A DNA stretch of 64,000 nt from an uncultured SAR86 cluster bacterium (lineage in GTDB: Bacteria; Pseudomonadota; Gammaproteobacteria; Magnimaribacterales; D2472): the NCBI GenBank assembly GCA_902601475.1, contig CACKNK010000006.1, positions 1,621 to 65,620 on the forward strand, read 5' to 3'. Position 1 is the stretch's first letter, and each line of letters opens with the position of its first letter. This document shows, in pieces, positions 25,973-37,055 of this stretch. The translations under genes and the position numbers were made by a program. Under the pieces are notes generated by a model. That model had not been told where the DNA came from. It searched no databases and saw only the letters and a program-made list of their open reading frames with translations.

Positions 25973-27607
25973 TTATTTAATTTCTAATTTTAAATTTGCA
26001 AATTCTTGAGCCCATTGATAGTTTGGTTTTCCTGATGGAGCCCTTTCAATTAGTTCAGAAAAAACAATTTCTTTTGGCATTTTGTAGCTTGCTATATATT
26101 TTGATGCAACATCTTTTATATCATCCAGTGATATTTCATCATTCTCTCTTCTTTGAATCACGGCAACAACTTTTTGACCCCACCTATCATCTTTAACACC
26201 TACAACCAAGCAATCAAATATATTAGGATGTGCCTTGAGAGCCATTTCAACTTCTTCTGGAAATATCTTTTCACCACCTGAGTTAATTGAGACACTTCCT
26301 CTTCCTAGCAACGTCATTTGACCATCTTCCTCATATTTAGCCATGTCTCCAGGAATTGAATACCTTACACCTCCTACTTCAATAAAGGTTTTTTTTGATT
26401 TCTCCTCATCCTTGTAATAAGCAACGGGCACATGACCTTTTCTTGCCAAATATCCTATGGTTTCTGTATCACTAGGCGGAATAACCTCTTTAGTATCTAA
26501 ATTTAAGATCTCACTAAAATTAGGTTTTGTGAATTTTGGACCGCCACCTGAGTCTTTTAATTTACCATCTTTAGTATGAATATTAACTCCTGTTGCACCA
26601 GTTTCAGATGAGCCAACAGCATCGATTAGGAATAAATTAGGCAGATATTCCAAAATGGTATCTTTGATAGATGCGCTAAAAACCGAAGCCGTACTTGATA
26701 AAACAAACAATGAAGATAAATCCAATCCTTTTTCAATCGCCCTAGGAAGTGCATCGCATAAAGGTCGACCCATCGCGTCACCCATAATGGTAAGGTTCAT
26801 GACTTTTTCTTTAGCAACAACCTCCCAAACGTAGTCAGCATCAAAAGAGACTTGGTCGTTGATGATTAATTTCCAACCTGAAAAAAAAGAGTTAAATGAT
26901 TGCCACTGAGCTCCACCATGCATGAAGGGGGCTAATGCAAGGGCAATGGTTTGATCTTGCAAGCATTTATCTGCAAAGGCTTCAGGGGTTCGATATTTCT
27001 CCCCAGTCACTGCATCAATACCGCCACCAAGGGTCATGAGCACATCTTCCATGCGCCATACAACACCTTTTGGCATTCCTGTTGTCCCTCCGGTATAGAG
27101 AATATATTTATCATCTCCAGATCTATCAACATCCAATCTAGATTCATCCTCATTGGCAATAAGGTCTTCAAAATTAAAACTTTTATCAATTACATCATCT
27201 TCACCTGAATTGTCCTCAATGCAGATAAAATCCTTTAATAAAGGTAAATGACTTTTGATATTTTCAAGCTTGTTACTGAATTGTTTGTGATAGAAGATAG
27301 CTTGCATATCCGCATTATCAATCAGGTACTTAAGCTCTTCCTCCACATATCTATAATTTATATTGATTGGTATTGCGCTAAGCTTATAAGCGCCAAGCAT
27401 TATTTCTAGCCACTCCACACAATTAAAGGCATATATCCCAATATGACTTCCTTTTTTAATACCTAGTTTTTTTAAAGCATTTGCTGCTTTGTTGCTGCGC
27501 GCATCTAATTCTTTATAAGTTAAACGAGTTGATCCATAGACAATTGCCTCTCTATCAGGAACTCTATCTACAACTCCTTCAAAGATATCAGCGGCATTGA
27601 ATTCCAT
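25973..27607 (-). CDS. acyl-CoA synthetase / AMP-dependent ligase
   Basis: AMP-binding signature YTGGTTGMPKGV, plus GSSETG and C-terminal GKPNY-type lysine region. Confidence 0.88.
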   Translation of the reverse strand: MEFNAADIFEGVVDRVPDREAIVYGSTRLTYKELDARSNKAANALKKLGIKKGSHIGIYAFNCVEWLEIMLGAYKLSAIPININYRYVEEELKYLIDNADMQAIFYHKQFSNKLENIKSHLPLLKDFICIEDNSGEDDVIDKSFNFEDLIANEDESRLDVDRSGDDKYILYTGGTTGMPKGVVWRMEDVLMTLGGGIDAVTGEKYRTPEAFADKCLQDQTIALALAPFMHGGAQWQSFNSFFSGWKLIINDQVSFDADYVWEVVAKEKVMNLTIMGDAMGRPLCDALPRAIEKGLDLSSLFVLSSTASVFSASIKDTILEYLPNLFLIDAVGSSETGATGVNIHTKDGKLKDSGGGPKFTKPNFSEILNLDTKEVIPPSDTETIGYLARKGHVPVAYYKDEEKSKKTFIEVGGVRYSIPGDMAKYEEDGQMTLLGRGSVSINSGGEKIFPEEVEMALKAHPNIFDCLVVGVKDDRWGQKVVAVIQRRENDEISLDDIKDVASKYIASYKMPKEIVFSELIERAPSGKPNYQWAQEFANLKLEIK

Positions 27608-29181
27608 TAGACTTGCTTTGAATGTCCTTCCCAGTAAGGGTCTCTTAGTTTACGTTTAAATAATTTGCCATTCTCATCTCTTGGTAATTTTTCAATAATA
27701 TCGAGAGATCTTGGTAATTTCATTTTAGCAAGATTTTCAGAAGCAAATTCCATCAACTCTTTTGTAATCGTTTTTGAATTGAGAGAGTCATCATTAAGTT
27801 CAATCACAGCTTTAACTTCTTCACCCCATTCCTCATTTGGAATTCCAAAAACTGCAACGTCAGAAACTTTTGGATGCATTAGAAATACGCTTTCAATTTC
27901 AGCAGGATAGATGTTAGCACCGCCCGAAATGATCATGTCTATCTTTCTATCACATAAGAAAAGATATCCCTCTTCATTAAGATACCCAATATCACCAACA
28001 GTGAAATAGACTGAGCCATCAAGCTCCAGTCTTTCTTTTTGAGTTTTTGCTTTATCACCTTTATATTCAAACTTAGTTGCATCTCCTAGTCTCATATAAA
28101 CAGTGCCTTGCTCATTTACTGACGCTTCCTCTTGATTATCAAGAATAATTTTTATATCAGCACCTGGCCACGCTTTACCGACAGTCCCTGGAAAATTTGA
28201 CCAATCGTTTGCTCCAACCACAGTTCCACCACCTTCGGTAGCAGCATAGTACTCCCATATAGAATTTCCCCACCAAGCTATCATTTCCTGTTTAGTATGA
28301 ACTGGACATGGTGCAGCTGCATGAATCATCGCACGAGTTGATGAGCAGTCGTATTTGTCTTTCACTTCCTCAGGTAATTGAAGAAGTCTATGAAATTGGG
28401 TAGGGACCATATGTGAGGTTGTCACTTTGTATTTATCAATCAGATATAACATTTTTTCAGCATCAAATTTTTCCATCACCACAAGACTATGTCCGTAATG
28501 CAGGGCAGCGGTTGAATGAACAATGACAGCAGTATGATAAAGAGGTGAACCAACTATATGAACATTTTCTTCTTCAGGTTGAATCTCAAAAAAACTTAGA
28601 ATCATTGCAAACATGCTTAACACATCATCTGGATCACCTTCCACCAAACTTCTTTTGACTCCCTTAGGCTTGCCTGTTGTTCCTGAGGTGTAGTTCATAA
28701 CTTGACCTGCAGTTCTTTCCTCGGGATCAGCATCGGATTCACCTTCAATAAATTCATCTAAATGAATAAAACCCTCCAAGTCATCAATAGTGATGCATCG
28801 TTTTGAATCAAAATTTATAGAGGATACAGCCTTTAAGCATGCATCCCTCATATCTGGATGAGATCCTGAGGCAATGAAAGCTTTTGCTTCAGAATCTTCG
28901 AGAATGTAGGCAATCTCTGGACCCGCAAGATGCCAGTTAATAGGGACCATGTAAAAACCTACCTGTAAGCAGGCCATATAAGCAATGTAATACTCAATCG
29001 AATTTGGTAAGACTATTGCAACGGTATCTCCCTTATTGAGTCCTAATTTGCGTAAAGCATGGGATAATTGATTCGCTTTTTTTAATAAATCTCCTCGGGA
29101 AATAGCTTCCTCATTTGGCCCAATAATGGCTACCTCTGAGGGATCCTTTTTTGCAAATCTGTAAAAACCAAGTTCAGACAT
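27607..29181 (-). CDS. acyl-CoA synthetase / AMP-dependent ligase (paralog)
   Basis: YTSGTTGKPKGV, YYAATEGGG, GDIGYLNEEGYLFLCDRK, PRDENGKLFKRKLR. Confidence 0.88.
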   Translation of the reverse strand: MSELGFYRFAKKDPSEVAIIGPNEEAISRGDLLKKANQLSHALRKLGLNKGDTVAIVLPNSIEYYIAYMACLQVGFYMVPINWHLAGPEIAYILEDSEAKAFIASGSHPDMRDACLKAVSSINFDSKRCITIDDLEGFIHLDEFIEGESDADPEERTAGQVMNYTSGTTGKPKGVKRSLVEGDPDDVLSMFAMILSFFEIQPEEENVHIVGSPLYHTAVIVHSTAALHYGHSLVVMEKFDAEKMLYLIDKYKVTTSHMVPTQFHRLLQLPEEVKDKYDCSSTRAMIHAAAPCPVHTKQEMIAWWGNSIWEYYAATEGGGTVVGANDWSNFPGTVGKAWPGADIKIILDNQEEASVNEQGTVYMRLGDATKFEYKGDKAKTQKERLELDGSVYFTVGDIGYLNEEGYLFLCDRKIDMIISGGANIYPAEIESVFLMHPKVSDVAVFGIPNEEWGEEVKAVIELNDDSLNSKTITKELMEFASENLAKMKLPRSLDIIEKLPRDENGKLFKRKLRDPYWEGHSKQV

Positions 29182-29251
29182 TATATTTCTCCAATGTTTT
29201 GGGGTTTTATGATTTAATCACCACAATTAATTAATATTTAAGCTTAAAGTA

Positions 29252-29968
29252 ATGGATTTTTTTATCAACAATCAAGAACTACTTTGGTTTCTTGTAGTTT
29301 TCTACGATTTAACCCTCGTAATTTTGTTGTTTCGATTTTTTGGAAAGTATGGTCTATACGCAGCAGTAATTTTAGGAATCATTCTTGGCAATCTTCAAGG
29401 AGGAAAGATTTCTGAGTTACAAATTTTTGGAACCTCAATTAATGTAAGCATGGGCGCAATTTTGTACTCAGGTATCTATTTTGCTACTGATCTATTAAAT
29501 GAAAAGTTTGGAAAAAATGAAGCTAATCGAGCTGTTTATTTAGGATTTTTTGCAAATATTGCCGTGATGATAACCCTTTGGCTAAGTATTAATTTTCTCC
29601 CCTCCTCATTATCCGGTTCAGCCTTAGAGGTGCACTCTGCTATATCTACGTTGGCACAATACTCACCAATTTTTATTATCGGCTCGTTAATGGCTTATTT
29701 AGCCAGCCAAACATTTGATGTTTGGTTCTTTAATTATCTAAAAGAAAAAACAGACGGGAAAAAGCTCTGGCTTCGAAATAATCTTTCGACCATGACATCT
29801 CAATTAATAGATACACTCATTTACCAATTTACATGGGTTATCGCAACAGATTTAACATTTGCAGAGGCATTCGGGCTTGCAGTGGTAAAATACATATTTA
29901 AATTTATTATAGCTATAGTTGATACCGTATTTATTTACATTGTTAGAGGTTGGAAGGTACCAGAGTAG
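29252..29968 (+). CDS. yhhQ: queuosine precursor transporter (YhhQ/DUF165 family)
   Basis: 6-TM protein with FATDLLNEKFGKNEA and LWLRNNLSTMTSQLIDT motifs typical of YhhQ. Confidence 0.7.
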   Translation: MDFFINNQELLWFLVVFYDLTLVILLFRFFGKYGLYAAVILGIILGNLQGGKISELQIFGTSINVSMGAILYSGIYFATDLLNEKFGKNEANRAVYLGFFANIAVMITLWLSINFLPSSLSGSALEVHSAISTLAQYSPIFIIGSLMAYLASQTFDVWFFNYLKEKTDGKKLWLRNNLSTMTSQLIDTLIYQFTWVIATDLTFAEAFGLAVVKYIFKFIIAIVDTVFIYIVRGWKVPE

Positions 29969-29983
29969 GCATTAGGATTAATT

Positions 29984-30379
29984 GTGAACGATAAAATCAA
30001 TAAATCAGATCAAGAATGGAGAGATGCTCTTTCTAATGAATCTTATGAAGTAACACGCAAAGCAGGGACAGAGCGTCCCTTCACAGGAAAATACTGGGAT
30101 CATTTTGATGATGGGATTTATAAATGTATATGTTGTGGTGAGCCTCTTTTTAAGTCTGAAACAAAATATGACGCTGGCTGTGGCTGGCCTAGCTTTTATG
30201 AAGCTCAAGATAAAAATTCAATTGATGAGCTACCTGACTATTCATTATCTAGAGAACGAACAGAAATTCGATGCAGTAAATGCGATGCCCACCTAGGCCA
30301 TGTTTTTGATGATGGCCCTAATCCAACTGGTTTGAGGTATTGTGTTAACTCTGCAGCAATTGATTTTGAAAAAAAATAA
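29984..30379 (+). CDS. msrB: peptide-methionine (R)-S-oxide reductase; GTG start
   Basis: Two CxxC zinc motifs ([17 protein letters not shown]) and catalytic RYCVNS. Confidence 0.95.
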   Translation: MNDKINKSDQEWRDALSNESYEVTRKAGTERPFTGKYWDHFDDGIYKCICCGEPLFKSETKYDAGCGWPSFYEAQDKNSIDELPDYSLSRERTEIRCSKCDAHLGHVFDDGPNPTGLRYCVNSAAIDFEKK

Positions 30380-30401
30380 ACTGTTAATAATAGGTATTTA
30401 G

Positions 30402-31931
30402 TTGAGCTCTTTGTTTTCAACAATCAAAGTAGGAGGCTGGACATTCGCTTCAAGGATTTTGGGATTGTTGCGAGATATGGCAACCACCAACCTATTAGGC
30501 GCTTCAGTATTCCATGATGTTTTCGTTGTTGTACTCAAAATACCCAATGTCTTTAGAAGATTTTTTGCTGAAGGCGCATTCAGTCAGGCTTTTATACCGA
30601 TCTATAAATCATTAATCTCAAAAAATAAAGAAACTGAAGCCAGTGCATTTTTAAATTCTTTATTGGGTTTAATGATCACGGTATTGTTTTTCTTTACCAT
30701 TGCTGCATTAATCTTTGCACCGATCTTTATTTTCTTTTTTGCACCAGGATTTTATTTTGATTCTGAGACTAAATCCCTTGCGGTGGAGATGCTTAGAATT
30801 ATGTTTCCTTATCTTGCATTGATCTCATTGGTCTCATTTGCAGCTGGCATTCAAAATTCACATAACTCTTTTTCCATTCCTGCTGCAACGCCTCTGATCT
30901 TCAATTTAACTTTAATAATCTTTGCAGTATTTGCTTCAAAGTTTTTTGAAATCCCTGTGTTCTCACTGGCGTGGGGAGTTTTATTGGCTGGTTTTTTACA
31001 GCTACTTTTGCAAATGGTCCCTCTGACTCGCATTGGCATTATCCCAAAGATAGAATTTGATTTTAAAAATCAACACATAAGAAGGTTTGGCTTACTTATA
31101 TTGCCGGCAATTCTTGCTGGAGGTGTAGCACAGATTAACCTCTTAATCGATACAATTTTTGCTTCACTTCTATCACCCGGCAGTCCAACTTGGTTGTATG
31201 TTTCGGATCGGTTAATTCAATTTCCTTTGGGTGTTTTTGCAATTGCAATTGGTACCGTCCTACTTCCTAACTTAACTCAACATTATGCTAATGAAAATCT
31301 TTTAGAATTTAAGAGTACGTTAATGAAGGGCATCAAATTAGTGATATTTATTGGCATACCCTCATCATTGGGATTAGCAATTTTTGGATATCAAATCTTA
31401 GAGATGCTTTTCCAAAGAGGTGCCTTTACTGCTAATGATGTAATGATGGCAAATTTAGGATTACAAATGTTCACAATTGGGTTGCCATTTTTTATGCTGA
31501 TGAAAGTATTGGTTCCATGCTTTTTTGCTCAGCAAAATACCAAAACACCACTTTATGTCGCTATCTTGAGCTTGTTAATAAATATAATCTTAAATTACCT
31601 ATTTGCATTTTATTTAGGCTTTGGTCATTACGGCTTAGCTCTTGGATCATCATTAGCAGCTGTTGTGAGTGTGATGATTCTCTTAATGATCTTAAGTTTT
31701 GAAAAATTGATATTCATATCATTTGATTTTATTAAATTTATCTTCAAAATTTCTTTTGCAACATTGCTAATGGTTTTATATTTGCTGGCAGTTACTGACC
31801 TAGTTAATTTCTCTATCTTTAATGGAATGTTTTATGTCATAAGTATCCTTTTAGTTATTTGTGTTGCGGCTTTAATTTTTTTACTCGCTTCATATGTTTT
31901 AGGTATTCGACCTAAGGATTTGTATCAATAA
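30402..31931 (+). CDS. murJ: lipid II flippase MurJ; TTG start
   Basis: SRILGLLRD, FRRFFAEGAFSQAFIP, about 14 TM segments. Confidence 0.92.
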   Translation: MSSLFSTIKVGGWTFASRILGLLRDMATTNLLGASVFHDVFVVVLKIPNVFRRFFAEGAFSQAFIPIYKSLISKNKETEASAFLNSLLGLMITVLFFFTIAALIFAPIFIFFFAPGFYFDSETKSLAVEMLRIMFPYLALISLVSFAAGIQNSHNSFSIPAATPLIFNLTLIIFAVFASKFFEIPVFSLAWGVLLAGFLQLLLQMVPLTRIGIIPKIEFDFKNQHIRRFGLLILPAILAGGVAQINLLIDTIFASLLSPGSPTWLYVSDRLIQFPLGVFAIAIGTVLLPNLTQHYANENLLEFKSTLMKGIKLVIFIGIPSSLGLAIFGYQILEMLFQRGAFTANDVMMANLGLQMFTIGLPFFMLMKVLVPCFFAQQNTKTPLYVAILSLLINIILNYLFAFYLGFGHYGLALGSSLAAVVSVMILLMILSFEKLIFISFDFIKFIFKISFATLLMVLYLLAVTDLVNFSIFNGMFYVISILLVICVAALIFLLASYVLGIRPKDLYQ

Positions 31932-32879
31932 ATGTATTTAATTAGAGGATTACAAAACATTGAGTTGTTTAAAGCGCGCTTTGGTTATCTGAAGCTAAGT
32001 GCAACGATTGGTAATTTCGATGGTTTACACATTGGCCATCAACATATCTTAGATTCAGTTAAAGATCATGCTTCAGGCGAAGATTTTGCCTCTATGGTTT
32101 TTTTTACAGAGCCACATGCAAGTGAATATTTTGCGGAATTTTATGACGCAAAAAAAAGTCCACCCCGTATTTGTCCATGGCGAGAAAAAGTTACTTTATT
32201 AAAAGATTATGGCATTGATTTTGCTTTTTTCTTAAAGTTTAATCCTGCACTAAATCGCATGTCACCAGAAGAATTTATCAATCAAGTTTTAGATCAATTA
32301 AATCTCAAGTATTTAAGGGTGGGGGATGATTTTAGGTTTGGGAAGGATCGAGCTGGAGGTTTCAACATGCTAACCGATTGGGGGCAAAGTTCTAATGTTG
32401 AGGTTGTATCTACTAAAACGATTCTTTTTAAAGATAGAAGAGTAAGCTCAACATGGATCAGAGAGGTACTCCAAAAAGATGATTTTAAGTTAGCAAGTCA
32501 ATTGCTAGGTAGGCCATACTATTTTTCTGGCAAAGTAGTAAGAGGTCAGCAATTAGGTAGAACCATTGGCATACCAACGGCTAACCTTTGGATGCCTAAG
32601 CAACGTTTGCCAGTGAGCGGCGTATATGCAGTTTATTGTTCAATAGATGGTGCTCGTCTAGACGGCATTGCAAATATGGGAATCCGGCCTACAGTCGGCG
32701 GTAGTTCTCCAGTATTAGAAGTACACCTATTTAATTTTAATAAAAATATCTATGGCAAAAGAATTAAAGTTGAATTTAAAAATAAGATCCGTGAAGAGCA
32801 GAAGTTTGATAATATAGATGCCTTAAAAGATCAAATTCACAAAGATATAAACGTCGCAAAAAAACTACTGAATAATTAA
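31932..32879 (+). CDS. ribF: bifunctional riboflavin kinase / FAD synthetase
   Basis: GNFDGLHIGHQ, GIPTANL, LEVHLFNF, and the murJ-ribF-ileS-lspA-ispH order. Confidence 0.95.
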   Translation: MYLIRGLQNIELFKARFGYLKLSATIGNFDGLHIGHQHILDSVKDHASGEDFASMVFFTEPHASEYFAEFYDAKKSPPRICPWREKVTLLKDYGIDFAFFLKFNPALNRMSPEEFINQVLDQLNLKYLRVGDDFRFGKDRAGGFNMLTDWGQSSNVEVVSTKTILFKDRRVSSTWIREVLQKDDFKLASQLLGRPYYFSGKVVRGQQLGRTIGIPTANLWMPKQRLPVSGVYAVYCSIDGARLDGIANMGIRPTVGGSSPVLEVHLFNFNKNIYGKRIKVEFKNKIREEQKFDNIDALKDQIHKDINVAKKLLNN

Positions 32880-32883
32880 TTCT

Positions 32884-35643
32884 ATGGACTATAGAGATAC
32901 CATAAATCTTCCTTTTACAGAGCTTGCAATGAAAGCAGGGCTTGCTAAAAAAGAACCAGAAATTCTTAAATTCTGGAATGAAATAAATCTTTATGGTGAG
33001 ATTCGAAAACTTAGAAGTGGTAGCGAGCAATTTATTTTGCATGACGGACCTCCATATGCAAATGGAGATATTCATCTTGGTCATGCAGTCAACAAAGTCT
33101 TAAAAGACATCACCATTAAGTATCACTCATTGATAGGGAAAGATGCTCCTTACATTCCAGGATGGGATTGCCACGGTTTACCTATTGAGTTGAACATCGA
33201 AAAGAAACATGGAAAAAAGAGTGAAATAGTTCAAGACAAAAATAAATTTATTAAAGCGTGTAGAGATTATGCTGATACACAAGTTGAAAATCAGATGGAG
33301 GATTTTCAACGCTTAGGAGTTTTGGGTGATTGGAAGAATTCGTATAAGTCAATGGATCCAGCTTATGAGGCAGATATTGTCAGAGCACTGGGTCGAATTG
33401 TTGCAAACGGTCATCTGCAAAGAGGGGAAAAACCAGTTCATTGGTGCTATGACTGCGGTTCTGCACTAGCTGAGGCAGAAGTCGAGTATCAAGATAAAAT
33501 TTCTAAATCTATCTATGTAAATTTTCCTGTAAAGTCAGAATCATTGAAGTCACTAGGCGCCTACTTTGGTGAGACCATTCAAGAATGCGCCTTTATTATT
33601 TGGACCACTACACCATGGACAATTCCAGCTAATGTAGCAGTTTCTATTGGTCCAGAAATTGAATATTCTCTATGTGAGAGTTCTAAGAAATTTTTTGTTA
33701 TTGCATCTGATCTTATGAAAACATGTGAGGAGACATGGGATTCAGAAATCAAAGAAATTTCGAGAGTTAAAGGTAGCGAGCTAACAGATATAGTCTTAGA
33801 GCATCCTTACCTAAAGAGAGATTCTATCTTGATTCATGGTGACCATGTGACCATTGAAACGGGTACTGGCTGTGTCCATACTGCTCCAGCTCATGGAATC
33901 GACGATTATTTTGTATGTAAAAAATATAATTTAGATACCATTCACTCGCTTAATGCAAAAGCTTTTTTTAAAGATGAATTTTCTTCCATTGCTGGGTTGC
34001 CAGCTGTTAAAGCTGATGAGTTAGTTATTCAAGATATTGATGCAGCTAAAAATTTAATTCATACCGATGATTTTCATCACTCATATCCTCATTGTTGGCG
34101 TCACAAGAGCCCACTAATTTTTACCTCTACGCCCCAGTGGTTTATATCCATGGATCAGTCAGGACTTTTAGGTGGAGCCAAGGCCGCAGTCGATCAAGTT
34201 GACTGGCATCCTGAATGGGGAAAACAAAGAATTTTATCGATGCTTGAAGACCGTCCTGATTGGTGCATCTCAAGACAAAGGAGATGGGGTGTTCCGATTC
34301 CATTAATTGTTCATAAGGAGACAGGAGACATTCATCCAAAACAGAATACATTGTTTGCGGAAATTGCAGACTACATTGAAGCTAATGGGGTTGAGGTTTG
34401 GGACAAACTTGATTTAGATTCCCTAATTGATGACCCTGAGAGTTACGTCAAAACATATGACATATTGGATGTATGGTTTGATTCAGGCATCACGCATTTT
34501 GGTGTGCTAGATAAGCACTATGGCGCAGATCTAGTTGCAGACCTCTACTTGGAGGGCTCGGACCAGCATCGAGGCTGGTTCCAATCTTCTTTACTTACAG
34601 GCATTGCCATTAATGGAACACCTCCTTATAAATCTGTTTTAACCCATGGGTTTGTGGTTGATGAGCAGGGCAGAAAACAATCTAAGTCTTTAGGTAATGT
34701 AATCTCACCTCAAAAAATTTGGGATTCCCTTGGAGCAGATATTCTCAGACTCTGGATTGCGAATACAGATTTTAGAAGCGAAATGGTTGCCTCTGATGAA
34801 ATCTTTAAAAGAGTTTCTGATCAGTACAGAAGAATTAGAAATACTTTGAGATTCTTGCTGGCCAACGTTAATGACTTTGAAGTTGAGAACCAGATCCCAA
34901 ATAATAATTTGTTGGAACTTGATAAATGGATTCTAAATCAAGTCAATGATTTGCAAGAATCTGTAAAAGATTCTTATAAAAAATTTGAATATCATCTAGT
35001 GACCCAAAAGATTCACAATTTTTGTGTCAATGAGCTTGGAGGGATTTACTTAGACATTATAAAAGATAGACAGTACACCAATGGTCAAGATTCCATAGCT
35101 AGAAGATCTGCTCAAACTGCAATTCATCAAGTTATGAACATCCTTGTGAGGCTGATCAGCCCAATTTTGTCATTTACAGCCGAAGAGATTTGGCAAACGC
35201 ATCCGTATTTTAATTCCGTATCAAAATCTGTATTTCTTGCTGATGAGTTCTCAATTGATTTGCCCGAAGCTTCTTTTAGTGGGCTTGAATGGCAGAGAAT
35301 CTTTGAAGTTAAAGATCTGGTAAATCAAGCTATTGAAGAGGAAAGGAACAAAGGCAATATCAAAGGTTCGCTGGATACCATCTTGGAGTTAGAGTTGGAG
35401 GGAACTGACTTTGATTTGCTAGGCCGTTTTGGTGATGAGCTTCATTTCTTATTTATTACTTCAGAGTGCAACCTTAAAAAAGGCAAAAAGTTTAAGGCTA
35501 TAGTTTCTACCTCTTCTCATGAAAAATGTGTAAGGTGTTGGCATCGATGTTCTTCTGTTGGAAAGAACGAAAAGCATCCTGAAATATGTTCAAGATGTGA
35601 GCTCAATATAGAAGGCGGTGGCGAGGTAAGACAATTTGTCTAA
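32884..35643 (+). CDS. ileS: isoleucine--tRNA ligase
   Basis: HLGH (PYANGDIHLGHAVNK), KQSKSLGN (KMSKS), C-terminal Zn Cys cluster CVRCWHRC...CSRC. Confidence 0.97.
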   Translation: MDYRDTINLPFTELAMKAGLAKKEPEILKFWNEINLYGEIRKLRSGSEQFILHDGPPYANGDIHLGHAVNKVLKDITIKYHSLIGKDAPYIPGWDCHGLPIELNIEKKHGKKSEIVQDKNKFIKACRDYADTQVENQMEDFQRLGVLGDWKNSYKSMDPAYEADIVRALGRIVANGHLQRGEKPVHWCYDCGSALAEAEVEYQDKISKSIYVNFPVKSESLKSLGAYFGETIQECAFIIWTTTPWTIPANVAVSIGPEIEYSLCESSKKFFVIASDLMKTCEETWDSEIKEISRVKGSELTDIVLEHPYLKRDSILIHGDHVTIETGTGCVHTAPAHGIDDYFVCKKYNLDTIHSLNAKAFFKDEFSSIAGLPAVKADELVIQDIDAAKNLIHTDDFHHSYPHCWRHKSPLIFTSTPQWFISMDQSGLLGGAKAAVDQVDWHPEWGKQRILSMLEDRPDWCISRQRRWGVPIPLIVHKETGDIHPKQNTLFAEIADYIEANGVEVWDKLDLDSLIDDPESYVKTYDILDVWFDSGITHFGVLDKHYGADLVADLYLEGSDQHRGWFQSSLLTGIAINGTPPYKSVLTHGFVVDEQGRKQSKSLGNVISPQKIWDSLGADILRLWIANTDFRSEMVASDEIFKRVSDQYRRIRNTLRFLLANVNDFEVENQIPNNNLLELDKWILNQVNDLQESVKDSYKKFEYHLVTQKIHNFCVNELGGIYLDIIKDRQYTNGQDSIARRSAQTAIHQVMNILVRLISPILSFTAEEIWQTHPYFNSVSKSVFLADEFSIDLPEASFSGLEWQRIFEVKDLVNQAIEEERNKGNIKGSLDTILELELEGTDFDLLGRFGDELHFLFITSECNLKKGKKFKAIVSTSSHEKCVRCWHRCSSVGKNEKHPEICSRCELNIEGGGEVRQFV

Positions 35644-36115
35644 CATCAAGTTTTCTCTAGCAGCGGCTTCACTAATTTTGGTAGATCTTTTTAGCAAGGG
35701 CTATGTTGAGGACTTCTTTCAGCAAGGCGATGTAGTAAATATTTTGCCTTTTCTTGGCATTACGTTGGCTTTTAATTCAGGTATAGCTTTCAGTCTTTTG
35801 GATTTTAATAATTTTTTTACAGACTATGTTTTACTTTTTATAGGACTGATCATTACTGTCTTTTTAGTAAGGCTTTTTAAGCAAGAGGACAACATAACTT
35901 CAAAAGTAGGCTTGATACTGATTATTTCAGGAGCTTTAGGTAATATAATTGATCGAGCGATGGATGGAGTCGTTACTGATTTTTTACTCTTTTTTGTTGG
36001 TAATACACCATTTTTTATCTTTAATTTAGCAGATGCATATATTTCATGTGGAGCAGTTTTATATTTTGGAATAGAGCTATCAAACTACATCAGCAAAAAG
36101 GCTCAAAATGAATAG
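35636..36115 (+). CDS. lspA: lipoprotein signal peptidase II; TTG start overlapping the ileS end
   Basis: 4-TM protein with NSGIAFS and GALGNIIDR...VTDF motifs. Confidence 0.9.
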   Translation: MSNIKFSLAAASLILVDLFSKGYVEDFFQQGDVVNILPFLGITLAFNSGIAFSLLDFNNFFTDYVLLFIGLIITVFLVRLFKQEDNITSKVGLILIISGALGNIIDRAMDGVVTDFLLFFVGNTPFFIFNLADAYISCGAVLYFGIELSNYISKKAQNE

Positions 36116-37046
36116 AAAAATACTACTTGCCAATCCCAGAGGTTTTTGCGCAGGCGTCGATAGAGCTATAGACATCGTTGAGAAAGCCATAGAAAAATTT
36201 GGCTCCCCGATTTATGTACGACATGAAGTGGTGCACAACAAAATTGTTGTTGAGGACCTCAAATCAAAGGGGGTTATTTTTGTAGATGAACTTGATGAAG
36301 TACCCGACGGCGAGAGGGTTATTTTCAGTGCCCATGGTGTTGCCAAATCAGTAGAGGATGAGGCTGAAGAGCGCCACCTTAATTATTTCGATGCAACATG
36401 CCCTTTAGTGACTAAAGTTCATAATGAAGTAATCAGACATAATCGTGCTAACAGAGACGTAGTTTTAATTGGTCATGCGGGACATCCTGAAGTTGAAGGT
36501 ACGATTGGGCGTCATGATCCTAGTTCATCCAAAAATATTTATTTGGTTGAAGATGTGAATGATGTTGAAAGACTTGAAGTATCTGATGAAAAGAACATTG
36601 CTTATGTGACTCAAACTACCCTTAGTTTGGATGATACTAAGGACATAGTCGATGCCCTTAATGTGAAGTTTCCATCACTGCATCAGCCTAGAAGTAGTGA
36701 TATTTGCTACGCAACTCAAAATAGGCAGGACGCAGTTAAACAACTGTCTTTGGAAGTTGAAATTGTGATTGTTGTTGGCTCGATAAACAGCTCTAATTCA
36801 AATCGACTTAAAGAGTTGGCCGAAAAATGTGGAGTTGAAGCAGTGCTAATTGATAGTGTGGCTGATATTAATTTATCTGATTTAGGGAATAAGACTTCAA
36901 TTGGAGTTACGGCTGGTGCCTCTGCACCTGAGAGTACCGTAAGAGAGCTGGTGAATGAGCTTGAAAAATACTTCAAAACAAAAGCTTCCGAATTAGGTAG
37001 AAATTCAGAAAGCATATACTTTAAGTTACCACCTGAATTAAGATAG
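36108..37046 (+). CDS. ispH: 4-hydroxy-3-methylbut-2-enyl diphosphate reductase
   Basis: [31 protein letters not shown]. Confidence 0.96.
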   Translation: MNRKILLANPRGFCAGVDRAIDIVEKAIEKFGSPIYVRHEVVHNKIVVEDLKSKGVIFVDELDEVPDGERVIFSAHGVAKSVEDEAEERHLNYFDATCPLVTKVHNEVIRHNRANRDVVLIGHAGHPEVEGTIGRHDPSSSKNIYLVEDVNDVERLEVSDEKNIAYVTQTTLSLDDTKDIVDALNVKFPSLHQPRSSDICYATQNRQDAVKQLSLEVEIVIVVGSINSSNSNRLKELAEKCGVEAVLIDSVADINLSDLGNKTSIGVTAGASAPESTVRELVNELEKYFKTKASELGRNSESIYFKLPPELR

Positions 37047-37055
37047 TTCATATTC

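Noticed and set aside
29182-29251. A possible preQ1 riboswitch upstream of the YhhQ-type queuosine-precursor transporter.
   Set aside because: The 70-nt spacer also has to hold the divergent promoter. I could not find the 5-bp P1 stem followed by the A-rich tail (..CCC..AAAAAACUA) of preQ1-I, nor anything resembling preQ1-II.
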